From positions 69,008,001 through 69,072,000 of the forward strand of contig NW_024704742.1 in the NCBI RefSeq assembly GCF_018977255.1: a DNA stretch of 64,000 nucleotides, read 5' to 3'. Below are positions 1 through 12,895 of the stretch, one piece after another (within the stretch, counting starts at the first letter, position 1; each line of letters begins with the position of its first letter). The stretch is from Callorhinchus milii. Taxonomy: Eukaryota. Below the pieces are notes generated by a model. It saw only the letters and a program-made list of their open reading frames with translations. It did not search any database and had not been told where the DNA came from. A program made the translations under genes and the position numbers.

Positions 1-1240
1 CACTGCACTGGAGTGCCAGTTTAGACTCTGTAAATTCAGAGTCCCGACGTGAACCGTATGTCTCAAAGGCAAGTGAGACTGAGCCAGATTGACTCAGGCG
101 GACTTTAAAGATTTTACAAAGGCTGTACAGCACAGAAACTGGTAACCTAACCGACCTAACCAGTCTATGCCTGTGTTTAACACTCCACAAAAGTCTTCAC
201 CCTCTCCTTACTTCCTCCTACACCTGGCAAACAATTTGTGCACAGGAATGTCCCACAACAACAAGATCAACAACAACTTACATTTATATAGTCACTTCAC
301 GCCAGACTGCATCTCAGAACACTTAAGCAGCCATGAAGCAAATGATCAGTTTTTATCTACTTACTTTATTTTACTTATCTATTTATTTTATTTGGGGAGA
401 GGGTATTGTTGGCCAGGAAACCTCCCTTAATAATAATAATAATAATAATAAATCTTGCATTTGATATAGCGCTTTTCACGTCGGGAGGACGTCCCAAAGC
501 GCTTCACAGAACACACTGTAAAGTGAATTGACTGTATATTTGTGGGCGAACGCAGCAGCCAATTGCGCACCGCAATGTCCCACAAACAGTCGTAGATTGA
601 AAATGATCAATTTATTATTGTTTTGGGTTTTGGAGGGATTATTATTAGGCTCTGTGTGGAGTAAGGAAACTTGCCCAAGGTTTCGCCCTCTGCCTGGAAT
701 TGAACTCAGGTCTCTCATTTGCAAAGCGAGTGCTCTAACCACTGAGCTACAGGACTCCCTTCTCTTTTCGAATAGTGCCAGGAATCTTTAACGTCCACCT
801 GAACAGGTAGACGGTACCTCAGTTTAACGTCTCATCAGAGGCTTGTGAAGGAAAGAGTTGGGAAGGCCGATGAGAAGGGAGTTTAAGTAATCGAGCCTTG
901 AGGTGACGAATGCATGGGTGAGGGTTTCAGCAGCCTGAGGGGTGAGGCAGTGGTAGAGTCTGGCAATGTTGCGGAGGCAACATGGCATGGATATGGGGGA
1001 GAAAGGCCAGTTCAGGGTCAAACAAAACACCCAAGTTCCTGACTGGCTTAGTGAGGTTGAGTGTGCAGCCATAGAGGCTGATGCTGCCAGCGCCTGAGGT
1101 GCGGAGATGCTGGCGCGAGCCAATCAGGAGTGCCTCAGACTTGCTGACGTTGAGTTGGAGAAAGTCATCCCTGGTCCAGGACTTGATGTCGGACGGGCAG
1201 CTGGTCAGGACGCCAGCAGTCCTGGAGTTGAGGGTGGAGG
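1..1240 (+). repeat. Near-identical duplicate of 14302-15124 joined to 15966-16693 (uncollapsed haplotype or segmental duplication)
   Basis: Direct base comparison; same 87-aa spurious ORF at 167 and 14457; ends at the assembly gap. Confidence 0.95.
429..758 (-). mobile_element. Young tRNA-Ala-headed SINE, full length, inserted in an older SINE
   Basis: Head ggagtcctgtagctcagtggttagagca (A box) and gagttcaattcc (B box); L2-like tail plus (ATT)n; flanking repeat ctccctt at 422-428 and 755-761. Confidence 0.9.
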
Positions 1241-1270
1241 NNNNNNNNNNNNNNNNNNNNNNNNNNNNNN
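1241..1270. other. Assembly gap (30 N)
   Basis: Run of n. Confidence 1.
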
Positions 1271-1393
1271 ATACGATAAGAAGCACGAGGATTGCTATTA
1301 AAAATATGAACATTACTGGATTTGTGAGAACCCCGAGAGTGCGTACATTCGAACAGGCAACCACACAATCACTGCACTGGTGTCAGCCTAGAC

Positions 1394-1654
1394 CAGGATG
1401 GTCCAACTTTTTGGCTACTGAAAGCTGGATACCAGATTTGAGAATGTCCCCGGGCCGCATTTGCAATATTTTTATCCTGATTTCCCAGACCCGTGGCCAG
1501 GCAGGGCCTGGGCCCCTGGTGACCGTCTCCTGATTGGTTCCAGCCCTGTGCATCTTTGTGTATTTGTTCGTCAGACAGTGAAGTTGGAAATGGGCCAGAT
1601 TAAATGATCCCCTGGGCCAGATGTGGCCCGCGGGCCGCCAGTTGGACCTCCCTG
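1394..1654. mobile_element. hAT/Charlie-type MITE
   Basis: TIRs caggatggtccaact / agttggacctccctg; subterminal ggcccgcgggccg; imperfect 8-bp TSD gcctagac/gcttggac. Confidence 0.8.
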
Positions 1655-2449
1655 GCTTGGACTGCCAGCTCAAAGTCTCGACCTGGGGATTGAATCAACA
1701 ACCTTCAGAGGCGAGACTGCTGCCAACTGAGCCAGGCTGACAAGCCTGACATGGTGAGTTACCGTTCGCTGTGCCGCACTGTGGAAACCCTGTTCAGCCC
1801 TGTCCATTTCTCAGTTAAAAATATGAGCTTCCTACGAAACAGCACAGGATTAGCACCAATAATAATAATAATCCTTGTATTTGATATAGCGCCTTATCAC
1901 GTTGTTGAGACGCCTCAAAATGCTTCACAGAATATACTGTAAAGTGGAGTGACTGTACATTTTATAGGCGAAATACGGTAGCCAAATATAGCAAAGAATG
2001 CTGAAACAAAGCCACACTGAATGTTTTCACCGCGTTCTCCTTATAGAGCTGCCTCAACGCATATTATTTTTAAATAAAATTTAATAGAAACGTGATTCAT
2101 GTTACCAGTCCAAAGAAGAAAAAAAATCACTTTGCTAATGAAGCAGGCAGATGGATTGGCTAAGACTGTACCAGAGCCTGAGTCTTCTGATTGAAGTAAG
2201 GCTTGGCAAATGCCGAGTTTTAATCACACTTTGGAAAGAATTGAATCTCTGGGTTTGCTGAGTCTCTCTGCTTGAGCTGTATCATGAATTGCCAGCGGAG
2301 ATGCTGGGCTGCACCATCTGCTTAACTCAGTAATTCCTGTGGGGGAGAAAAGTGACGATAATGTCAGGGCAATCCATTAACCCCGTGAAGTCTGGAGTGC
2401 TCAACCATGCTAAAACCAATTTAAAACCACTTACCTCATCCTTCTCCCC

Positions 2450-2635
2450 CCTCCCACACAACACAGCATTCACCACACCACACACATTACACAGACAGAC
2501 ACCAGACACTCACACATAGAGACACAGACACAACACTCAGACACACACAGTCACACAGACACACACACAGTCACACAGACACACAGACACTCACACACAC
2601 ATACTCTCACACACTCAGACACACAACACACAAAA
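2450..2635. repeat. Degenerate (CA)n microsatellite
   Basis: cacacagacacac arrays. Confidence 0.9.
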
Positions 2636-3869
2636 CAATCTGACTTTCACCTCCTAATTTCAATTGTCCGTTATGGTGGGAGCGGGAACTGAGGGGCATT
2701 TGATGTGATAATTATCACCGACTCACTTGCACGATTGTACCTATTTGCTTGTTAATTTCCTATGATAAACGATAGTAGACAAAATGGAGGCCATTTGACC
2801 CAACAAGCTGTTGCCGGTGCTAACACGACACTGGGGCTCTCCACTCTAATTCTCCTGCTCTTCCCTCATTATATCTGTGCTGGTGCTCGCTTGCCCACAG
2901 GAGTTCTCTACTCTATGCCCATTCCCTTGCTTTTTCCCCCATCATGTAAGTGCTGGAGCTCATTCCCCCATTGGAGCTTTCTAATCCATTCCTTGCTCTT
3001 TCCCAATATTCTTTTATATTGTTCCTGTATCAAATTCCTTTTTCTACCACACGCCTCAACCTCTGGGCATCCATTCCTCTACCCCTCTACCTTAGTCCCC
3101 ACTCTACCTGTCCCTAAATCCCACATTAAAACCTGTTTGACTACACCTACAGTGAAATGCACATTCTGAAATGCTCTGTATGTTATCCTACATGAACACG
3201 CTATATAAAAGGGCAAGTTATTGTTGATTATGATCATGATTACATTTGATTTAGCGTCTTTCATGTCAAGATGATGCCTCAAAGCGTTTCATAGGATTTA
3301 CCGTAAAGTGACTGTATGTTTCGTGTGCAAATTGCGGCAGTCAATTTGTGCACAGCAGTGTCCTACAAACAGCTATGAGTGAAGATTGATTTTATTTGGG
3401 AGATTGTTAGCCAGGACACTGGGAAAATCCTTTCTCTTTTCAAAACAGTGCACAGGCAGACAGGGCATTGGTTTAACATCTCATTAGAAGGACGACACCT
3501 CTAACAATGAAACACACCACCTGCGCTGGAGTGTCAGCCTAGATTTCAACCAACAAGCTTTCAACTCAGAGGCGAGAATGCCAGACTGATACTTAATTCT
3601 GATGACCACATGATACTTTCTCACGCCAGCAACTCCTCAGGGAAAGATTGTCTGTTTCAGTCTTTTGCAGATTCAATAATTACACAGTCCAGCAACGAAG
3701 CTGCTGAGTGCATCATTAAACCTGTTAAAGCCCCAGCTGAGGTAAACACAGATGATGTGTCCTCTTTCAAAAGACCCTTAACTATCCAGCATGTATTTTT
3801 CAAGCTGTATACTTTCCAAAGCCAGTATGAAATCTCGGCTCCAACTCACTCATGCACAGGCTAAGTTAC

Positions 3870-4229
3870 AATAATAATCCTTGCATTTGATATAGCGCCT
3901 TATCACATTGTTGAGACGTCTCAATGGGTTTCACAGAACATATTGTAAAGCGCATGATTATGTATTTTGTGGACGAAACGTGGCAGCCAATTGCACACAG
4001 CAGTGTCCCACAAACAATAGTAGCTTGAGTGACCATTTTTTTTTCTTTTGAAAGGACTATTACCCCCTGGAAAAGCGATCCGCCAATTGACTATCATCCG
4101 GGTTCCCTACTTACTGCTAGGTAAACAAAGGCGTGTGGAGAAAGGAAACTGCCCAACTTTTTACCCTGCCTGGGATCAAACCCTCTCGCTTGTGAAGCGA
4201 GTGCTCTAACCACTGAGCTACAGGATTCC
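3870..4229 (-). mobile_element. tRNA-Ala-headed SINE, long-body subfamily
   Basis: Head (reverse complement) at ~4170-4229, internal gtaagtaggaacc segment, tail at 3870. Confidence 0.85.
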
Positions 4230-4284
4230 GTTATATCTGTAAACCAAGCTGCGCTGATGTAATTTGGGAAGTTCGTAGGTGTTA

Positions 4285-4776
4285 CCCTGGCTCAGTTAGC
4301 AGCAACTTTCGCCTCTGAGTCAGAAGACTGTGAGTTCAAGCCCAATGTCAGGAGTTTGAACTTACACAGTTTAGGCTGACATTCCAATGCAGAGTTGGGG
4401 GGAAAGCGTTGCATTGTGGAGGTGCCGTCCTTTGGATGAAATGTAAACCAAGTCCCATCTTGCCTGGTCAGGTGGATGGTACTATTCGAAAGAGAATGCA
4501 GTTTCTCCTGTGTCGTGGTCAACAATACCCCAGATAAAAATCCATCATTCACTAATAATCCTTGCACTTCATACAGCATCTTTCATGTCAGCAGGGCGTC
4601 TCAAGCTGCTTCACAGAATTTACTGTGAAGTGTAGTGACTGTATATTCTAGACGTGATTCCATAATGTCTGTTTGCAGGATTTTGCCATCACTACTCTCA
4701 ACAATAAAATTCTGTGAAGTGCTTTGAGAAGTGATAACGCCCTCTATCGAATGCAAGGATTATGATGATGATGATG
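4285..4776 (+). mobile_element. Old SacSINE1-like DeuSINE interrupted by an antisense SINE tail (4553-4655)
   Basis: ggctcagttagcagc...cgcctctgagtcagaag head; ggatgaaatgtaaaccaagtccc Deu-type core. Confidence 0.75.
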
Positions 4777-6089
4777 TATTTTTTCACGCATTAACAATTC
4801 TTCCTCTCATTTCTCTCCACTGAAGCTCTCTCCAAAAGGCTTTGTCGGGTTGTTGGCATGTGGTGATACAGCACCTGTCCCTCTGGGTGTCACCGCTCAC
4901 TGTGAGGACCAGGCGGTTTGCATTTGGTTGAGAATATTGACCGCTCCGGAGATTGTCTCTGAGGGGAACGGATTTCCCTGCGGTTTGAGACTCTGCTTGT
5001 GTCACTTTGCGCTGCTTATCATTTCGCACAGCTCAGTGAGCAAATTGAAAGAGACTGTGACAGCAATTCCCTGAGATTCATTTCCTCTGTCTCAATATCC
5101 CCGGGTTGGAGGGGAAGTGGGGGAAGGAAGGCAAGCGGGGGATATCCTTCAACCCAAACAACCCATTCGCTCCCTCTGCTCAGAAGCCTGATCTGTGTTC
5201 CCTCGAATTATTATTAATTTGATTTAATAATAATTAGCAAGAATAATTAATGATTAGTACTAATAATTAATAATTGAATAATAATGGTTAATTTATAATA
5301 ATTCCATGTGTAGTTACTGTGTGTATACATATAATATGTGTAGTTACAGTGACTGGTCTGCAACAATTAATAATAATTCTTGCATTTGCTATAGCGTCTT
5401 ATCACATCTTCGAGATGTCTCATAGCGCTTCACGGAATATACTGTCGAGTGAATTGATTGTGTATTTTGTGGGCGAAACTTGGCTTTCTAAGGAGATGTT
5501 AAACCAAGGTCCCATCTGCCTGTTCAGGTGGATGTTAAAGATGGAATGGTGCTATTCAAAAAGAGGAGGGAGCTTCTCACTCCAGGTGTCTGGCCAAACA
5601 ATACATCAATTAGAATTAGTCATTCACTCCATGGCTCTTTGTGTGACATTGCTGTGCGCAAACTGCCAAAATACACAGACAAAACCATTTTATAGTAGAT
5701 GTCTCGACGACGTGATAAGGCACTATATCAAATGTAAGAATTATTATTATTATTTATATAGTGCCTTTCATGACGGAAGGACATCCAAAAATGATTGACT
5801 GCTGGGTAGACAGTGGAGCCGGGAGTAAGACCCCAGAGTGGCGGCGGTGGAGGATAGAGAGGAGAGGGGATATAGATGAATGAAAGCACGGTGAAAGCGA
5901 CGGACCTTGAACAACGTTAGGTAGGGAGCAGTCGGAGGGAATGTTAAGCACTTTGAGATGTCCTCCCGATGCAGTCAGCTGGAAAGCGCTGTTGGATTGA
6001 CGCACTTCACGTGTTAGCAATAAAAGGACCACATTGACAAACAGCGCAAAAAAAAGACTTAAAAAAAGTCAAAAGGAATTCTAAACATA

Positions 6090-6720
6090 TTAAAAGTACA
6101 TTTGCCATACTCTTTGGCTCCCGCCGACGTCTTCTGTCCCACGGTTCCGACCTCGTCAACCTACCTGACCTGTCCTTAAAACTCTCTGAACCCATGCATA
6201 ACTTAGACGTCAGGTTCGATCCCCAATTATCCTTCCTCCCCACATACGGTCGGTAACTAGTATCACTTTCTTCCACCTCCGCCACATTGCCCGTCTTTGA
6301 CAATACCTCATTCCACAAGCTGCTGAAACCCTTGTCCACACTTTTGTCTCCTCTCAGCTGGACTACTCTAACACCCTCCTCGCTGGTCTTACCTCCTCTC
6401 CTATTCACCAAATTCAGTTCATTCAAAACTCCACCGTCCCCATTCTTACCCGCACTAAACTCCACATCCCGATTACCCCAGCCCTTGCCAAACTCCACTG
6501 GCTCCCGGTCACAGAGTGGATAGACTTCAAGATCCTCACTCTAGTGTTCAAATCCCTCCATTTCTTGGCACCCCCCTATCTCTCTAACCTCCTCTTTCCC
6601 CACAGCAGTACCCGCTGCTTCCACTCTACTGGGTCCGGCCTCCTCCGTGTCCTCTGAATCCTCCGCTCCACCATCGCCGCCTGGCATGGAGGGCGCTATA
6701 TAAATGCAAGTTGTTGTTGT
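6090..6720 (+). mobile_element. 5'-truncated L2 LINE remnant
   Basis: Degraded L2 ORF2 C-terminus (ctggactac, cactggctcccg, ttcaagatcctc motifs); tail gcgctatataaatgcaagttgttgttg. Confidence 0.85.
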
Positions 6721-8919
6721 AAAAGTAATTGTCAGTCACAACAGCCTTGAAGCGAGCAGATGCTATTAGGGTCCATGAATGTCACTCATCTGTAACGGCC
6801 TGATGGATCTCTCCGCAGTCCCACTGGTATTAGCTGGAAGTAGAACACCTCACAATGAAAGCTGGAGAAAAGGTGCAAATGTGTAATTCACATCTGACTG
6901 GTAATATAATTTAATATAGTTTAATAAGACAGCTTTGCTGGCAGTCAAAGAGGGGCCTGCTGCAGAGAGAGCGCAGCTTAATTGCAAACTTTGAAGGGAG
7001 ACTGTCTGTAACATATTCCCTCCTCATGCATATTGATATAATTACTTATTCAACTTCAAGTAAGGTGACAATTTGTGTATTAAGTGCAATTTTCTTTTTG
7101 TTAAAGCAAGGTTCAATTTGCCAAACATCTGTCTGGGTTATAGATGTCAGAGGATGAAAGACTTAGGCTTCTTTACTATTTCCTTCCCTTCACCCCCATC
7201 CCTCATGTCAACCACCCCTCCACCCCCACCACCCACACACCTCATATATACACGGACACACACATATGCACATCATATACAAATATTATTTGTGAGGTCA
7301 GGGTATTAAGGGATACAGGGCAAGAACGGATAATTAGACTTCAGGTACAGATCAGCCATGATTTAATAGAATGGCGGAACAGGCTCAAGGGACTGAATGA
7401 CCTACTCCTATTTCTATGTTTTGATGACACACAAAATATAGAGGCAAATTGGCTGCCATGTTTCGCCGACAAAATACACAGTCAATTCACTTTGCAGTAT
7501 ATTCTGTGAAGCGCATTGAGACATCTTAACAACATGATAAGGTGCTACATCAAATGCAAGGATTATTATTATTTGATCTCATTCCTTCCTGATGTTCCCC
7601 CCATCACAGCATCAGACTGCTTCATCACAATCTTTCCTGGCAACCTGTTCCAGTCATTAGTTACCCTCTGAATAAAGAAAAACTTCCTGGTGTCTGTCCT
7701 GAAAGTGCCCCTTTACAACTCTAAACCTGTATCCTCTTGTTCTGCTGCCTTGTTGCACCAGTCTTCTTCCTCCAAACCTTTCTTCAGATCGAGTGTTCAA
7801 GATGTTGTGAAGCGTTTCAAGACATTTCTATGCGAGAGTTATAATTACTATAATCAGAGAATCAGGGGGCATTTTCGTCACACTGGGAAAATATAATGCA
7901 GTTTAACTCGATCTAAAGTGGCCTTAATAACTCCACAATGTTAGTCAGCAATGACAATTCACATCTGGTGTGAGGAAAAAAGGTGCAAAAACAACAAATA
8001 AAAACATTTTCAAAGATTTTGTCAATTCTGTCAGGCAGGGACTGATGCAGCCCTGTTCAATGTGTAAAAATGCTATTATTACAAATTTGCAGGGTACTCT
8101 GTGAAGCACTTTGAGACATCTGAAAGATGTGATAAGGCGTTATATCAAATACAAGGAATATTATTTTTATTATTATTATTACTCTTGCTGTCTCATTTTC
8201 TCTCGCTCTCCCTGACCCACATAATTAGAAGTCAGTAGCTCAGGTTCAATATTCGGTCAGTTGCCGTGACAGAAGCTCATTTAAATGAGTATCAGTCAAT
8301 AAACCTGTTTATTGCAATGAAGCTTCCCAGCTCAGGACACACAAAATCTGGCAGCACTGTGACCATCAGCAATGATCTAACAAACTCTGCCCATTAAAGA
8401 TGACACAAGGGCAGGCTGATCCACGCTTAAATTATAGAGTAGGAACTCATACGTTTAATTTCATGCCAGGCAATCTACCCAAACGCATAATAAAAAAGGC
8501 GAGAGTTTATTATCAGCAGAGCAATTTGAATTACTTATTCAAGCCACTAGTCAACCAATTTAACTTTTTTAAAAAAAGTATTGCTTGACACAAATTTTTA
8601 ATTGACAATGTATATTTTGTGGGCAAATTGCAGCAGCCAATTGCGCACAGTAGTGTTCCACACCCAGTCGTGGATCGAGCAACCAAATAGTTTTGGGAGG
8701 ATTATCCCGGAAAGCAAACTGCCAATCGACTAACAATTGGGTAAGGAAACTTGCCTACGGTTTCGGGAAACAAACCCGGGTCCTCTTGCTTGCTGAAGGA
8801 CTCCAAATATTGAGCCTGAGCTACTGCTAGGCATTTCCAATTGTGTAAGATAGGGCGAGAGAAAGTGAGAGTAAGCAAAAGAGATAGAGAGAGAAAGTGT
8901 TGTGAGAAAGAGCGCATGA

Positions 8920-8958
<39 letters not shown>

Positions 8959-9359
8959 GCTCCTCTCTGCCTAAGGAACTACATGTTTAGTCACACCATT
9001 ATTAAGATGAAAAGCTTTTGGAATTTGAGGTTATCTGTTCTGGGGATGTTTCAAAGATGACAGCGATACAATTGTCCTTTCAGTTATATATTTGTTCTGC
9101 CTAAAGCAAATGTTAGGTCAAAGACACCAGCCAGTATCGATCGCCCATGATCTGGAGGCTGGAGTGAAGGTGCATATTATTGCATGTCGAGAGTCTAATT
9201 TGTGATATTTCTTCCTCAGTAAGAATTCCTGTTAGAATCCCCATCAATCCAAACCAAGACCCAGGTGCCAATGGGCTCATGTGCCTCTGGGCACAGGACA
9301 TCCCATAATCTCACGACACACTGGGTAAAGATCACATAAAATCACAAGATTGATTCAGA

Positions 9360-10891
9360 TTTACTTTTTGAAAATAATTATTTATTTATAAATATAATAT
9401 CGGTACAACAAAAACCCCAAACAAAACACAACATGCAACATCTTCTGTTACAATATTTCCCTTTTTCCCGATACAAAAACATTCCGTTGTTTACGGTACG
9501 TTTCTTCGCCACACACGGGTTGTGCACACGTCTTTTGGGACGCTTCCTATAACGTAGTCGGGAGTCTTCCCTGAGTGCATCACATCCATGTGCGCACCCG
9601 CACATACCCTGATAAGGTGCACTTGCCGCTTTCAGAAGCCGTCCCGATGTGCACCGTACGTGCACATGTTTACCGTATGTACATTTTCGGGATGCTCTTT
9701 GGTTACATCTCAAGGGTCCTTCTGTACTCTTACATTTATGTCAGTCAGTTTTGGGAGCGTTCGTGGGCTACCCAGTGGGTGCGACCTGTGCGGTTTGTGC
9801 CGGAGTGACTCCTGCCGGGGTCAGGACGGGGCGCTCCGGAGCATCTAGTTACAGTGAGGAAGAAACTGGTGATGTGGTGCCAGCGTTCACTGTCCATCAC
9901 CGAGAGGAACCTGGTGATAAAGTGTGAGGCCTTCTCGATGTTAATGTACGTGGCCCAAGTCTGGCCTTTGACTTGGAACAACATCACTGCAGTCACCAGG
10001 GAGGTCTTCCACCTGATCTGGGAGTCCAAGATGGATCATGTCTACAGGGACACAATGCATAAAACCACGGAAAAGTGGGGGAAAGAGGTCCCCAATGTAG
10101 CCTTGATCCTTATGGCCACCTTTGTGTGTAGCTGCCTGAGGCTGTGCGTGAAGCCCTGCTCTACCGGCAACAAATGCCACTACCTGCTGGGCTTCTACCT
10201 GTACCCGGTGCTAAGAATCGTGGGTCTGGCAGAACTGCCTCGAAATTTTCCTCACAGTTGGAGCTGAAACACCTATCCTATGTTGAGAAATTCCTGAAGA
10301 ACAACATCTCAGACCCCCACGTAATAACCGAGTGGTCCACGTGGCAGGTTGTCGAAACAGTTTGAAAGGGGGAGAGGGCAGACCCAGTCAGGAGGTACCC
10401 TGCGGCGACAGCCAGCTACGTCTGGCAAAACATCTCGTCACCGTCCTGACCAACAACCATCAGGACATGGCCTGGCTGCCGATAAAAGAGTCTCTCCCCC
10501 TCAGGGCTTTCATGTACGGTCAAGGTCTGGGCCAGTCGGCACGTTGCCCTCGGGCCGGCTGCAGAGGCCAGGAGACTGTGGACCACCTCTTCCTGGAGTG
10601 TTGTTCCGCAAAGGTGGTTTTGAAAAAGATGGAATGGATTCTCTCACGGTTCGTCCCTGGGGACCTGCTGTCACGGCTCTTGGGGCTGTACGGCCTGTTC
10701 CCGGGCGCTCACAGCAAAACCCACATCGAGTGCCTGGAGGATCATAAACTCAGTAGGAGGCCCTTTGCCACTCCCGAAACCAGGTGTTCTTCGGGCAGAA
10801 CGAGGGGACGGTGAGGGCCTGCCACAGGCTCGCGCACACTAGGATCAGGGATTATATACTGAGGGACAAGCTGAACTCGGCTCAACCACGG
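9360..10891 (-). mobile_element. Tx1/L1-clade LINE, 5'-truncated with 5' inversion (ORF2 piece on + at ~9839-10891, 3'UTR on - at ~9838-9360)
   Basis: Frameshifted ORF2 C-terminus (W.QRSLSI...NLVIKCE; RCPRAGCRGQETVDHLFLEC zf-RVT-like; RDYILRD); 17-bp TSD cacaagattgattcaga at 9343-9359 and 10892-10908. Confidence 0.88.
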
Positions 10892-11687
10892 CACAAGATT
10901 GATTCAGAAGAAGGCCCTTCGGTCCATCTGATCCCATCCTTCCAGAACACCTGCCCTCCGGTCCTCCCATCACAGCAACAAGCTGATTTTTTTAAATGAA
11001 TCCCAATTTTCTAACCATTCGCCCAGCTTGTCTCATCTTTGCTCACAGATCATTCCAGAAATATTTTCTGATCTTACATCTACTAGTTTAACTCTCATTT
11101 TAAGATAACCGCTGTTTGGGATCACTGTATCAACAACAATAGCAGCAACTTACATCTATACAGTGTCCTTTGTGCAGAATAGGGATCTGTCAATGCAATT
11201 AAGTGTTTCAGCCTCACAAAGTACTCTTCGATTGTGTTTTTGGCCACCTACCCTCGGCCCTCCCCCCCCTCCCCCACTCCCCTCCACACACCACACACAC
11301 ACACACCCCTCAGGCTCCCAGTCAGTGCTCTGAGATGTTGTCCCATCTGTATCAATATATCAATGTAACCCACTGTCGCTGGCAGGGGAAAACTCTATGG
11401 AAAGGTTTGCTCCGAGAGATCAGTCAAGGTGGCTGAAAAGTGGGTTTGAATTTAATTTCATAGTGTTTTGTATAGTTTAATAGTGTTTGTAACAGAGGGC
11501 GAGAGGGGTGGGTGGGGGAGAGGGACGAGGGATCACCATCAGGAAGTTGGAACTAATCGATCAACTCAGATCTAGACTGAATGAGATTGTCACTAGAACC
11601 TAATTAGCTGCCATTGCATCCGACTGCCTTAAACGGCTTCACACTGCTAGGGACTGGTTAGATACTCACATGTGTCAGAGGTACGCA

Positions 11688-11945
11688 AGTCACAAGTTGA
11701 GTCTGGATGAAGAAGACCCTTCGGCCCATCCAATCTCCTCCTCTAGATCACCCACCCTACCCTCCCCGCATCACAACATTCAGCTGATTTTTAAATGTCC
11801 TGGCCTCAGCCACCCTGCCTGGCAACCAAGTTCCAGTCGTTGATCACCCTCTGTGTGAATAAAAACTTCCTGGTGTCTGTCCTGAAATTGTCCTACTGTC
11901 TTGATACTTTGTAAAGTATTGATCTGTGTTTACTTTTTCAATCCA
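11688..11945 (-). mobile_element. CR1 LINE 3' fragment
   Basis: Reverse complement of CR1 3' end (ttcacacagagggtgatcaac...gatgggccgaagggtcttct). Confidence 0.7.
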
Positions 11946-12455
11946 ATTTTATGCAAATGTAATTTTGTTGTTGTCGTAACGTCCTCCTGAACAGGAACAG
12001 ATGGGATCTCAGTTTAGCATCTCATCTGAAGGACGGCACTTCCAATAATGCAGCGCACCACCAGCTCATAGTCAGAACATTTCAGAGTTTTCTTGTGTAA
12101 AGTGGAGGCACTATGTATTTTGTAGGCAAAGGCAGTATCCAATTTTGTCCCGCAGACAGCCATAAAGTGAATGACCAATTTTATCTGGGGTTTGTCAACC
12201 AGGACATAGAAAGAATCTCCCTTCATTGAAGAGTGGAGCTGCCTTAATGTGTTTCATTGCCTTCTGTTGAGTTAATCATATTAGTAATTGGGAGCAGAGT
12301 GCTGATAATTCCTAGGCAAAACAATTTACAATTGATAGCAGTGAGTTCCTCAGACCTCCTGTGTTAGCTGGTCTATTTCCAGATCATAGGAAACCTGCTG
12401 TTGGCTAAATCCAACACTTTAGTTTGCTGCCCACAGTCCAATCTACTGCCGCATT

Positions 12456-12895
12456 AATTATCCTTGCATTTGGTGCAACATCTTATCACATCGTTGAGAT
12501 GTCTCAGAGAGCTTCACAGGATTTGCTGTACGACTGCATGTTTGTAGGCAAACGCGGCAGCCAATTTGCACACAGCAATGACCCACACACAGCTACAAAG
12601 TAGTAAGTTTTTTCTGGGAGGGATTGTTGACCAGGACACGAGAGAAAGAGAAACTCCCTTCTCTTTTTGAATAGTGCTGGTGGGATGTTTAACATCCACG
12701 TGAACAGGCAGCTTCTATTTTAACATCTCATCCGAAGGAAAGCAGCTCTGACAATGTAGCAGCCCCCACCACCTCCCCCCAGCACTCTAATGGAGCGTGC
12801 GCCTGGACTGTGAGAGTTTAAAGTGCCAACGTGGGAGCTTGAACCCACAACCTCCTGACTCCCAGCCAGGGTGCTAAATAAGCCAGTCTGGCCGG
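12456..12895 (-). mobile_element. Old SacSINE1-like DeuSINE, near full length
   Basis: Tail, Deu core and degraded tRNA head in order on the minus strand. Confidence 0.75.

Noticed and set aside
167..791. Duplicated small-protein genes (same ORFs at 14457-15078; similar at 53580-54072 and 59662-60038)
   Set aside because: Chance ORFs across SINE copies and the duplicated segment
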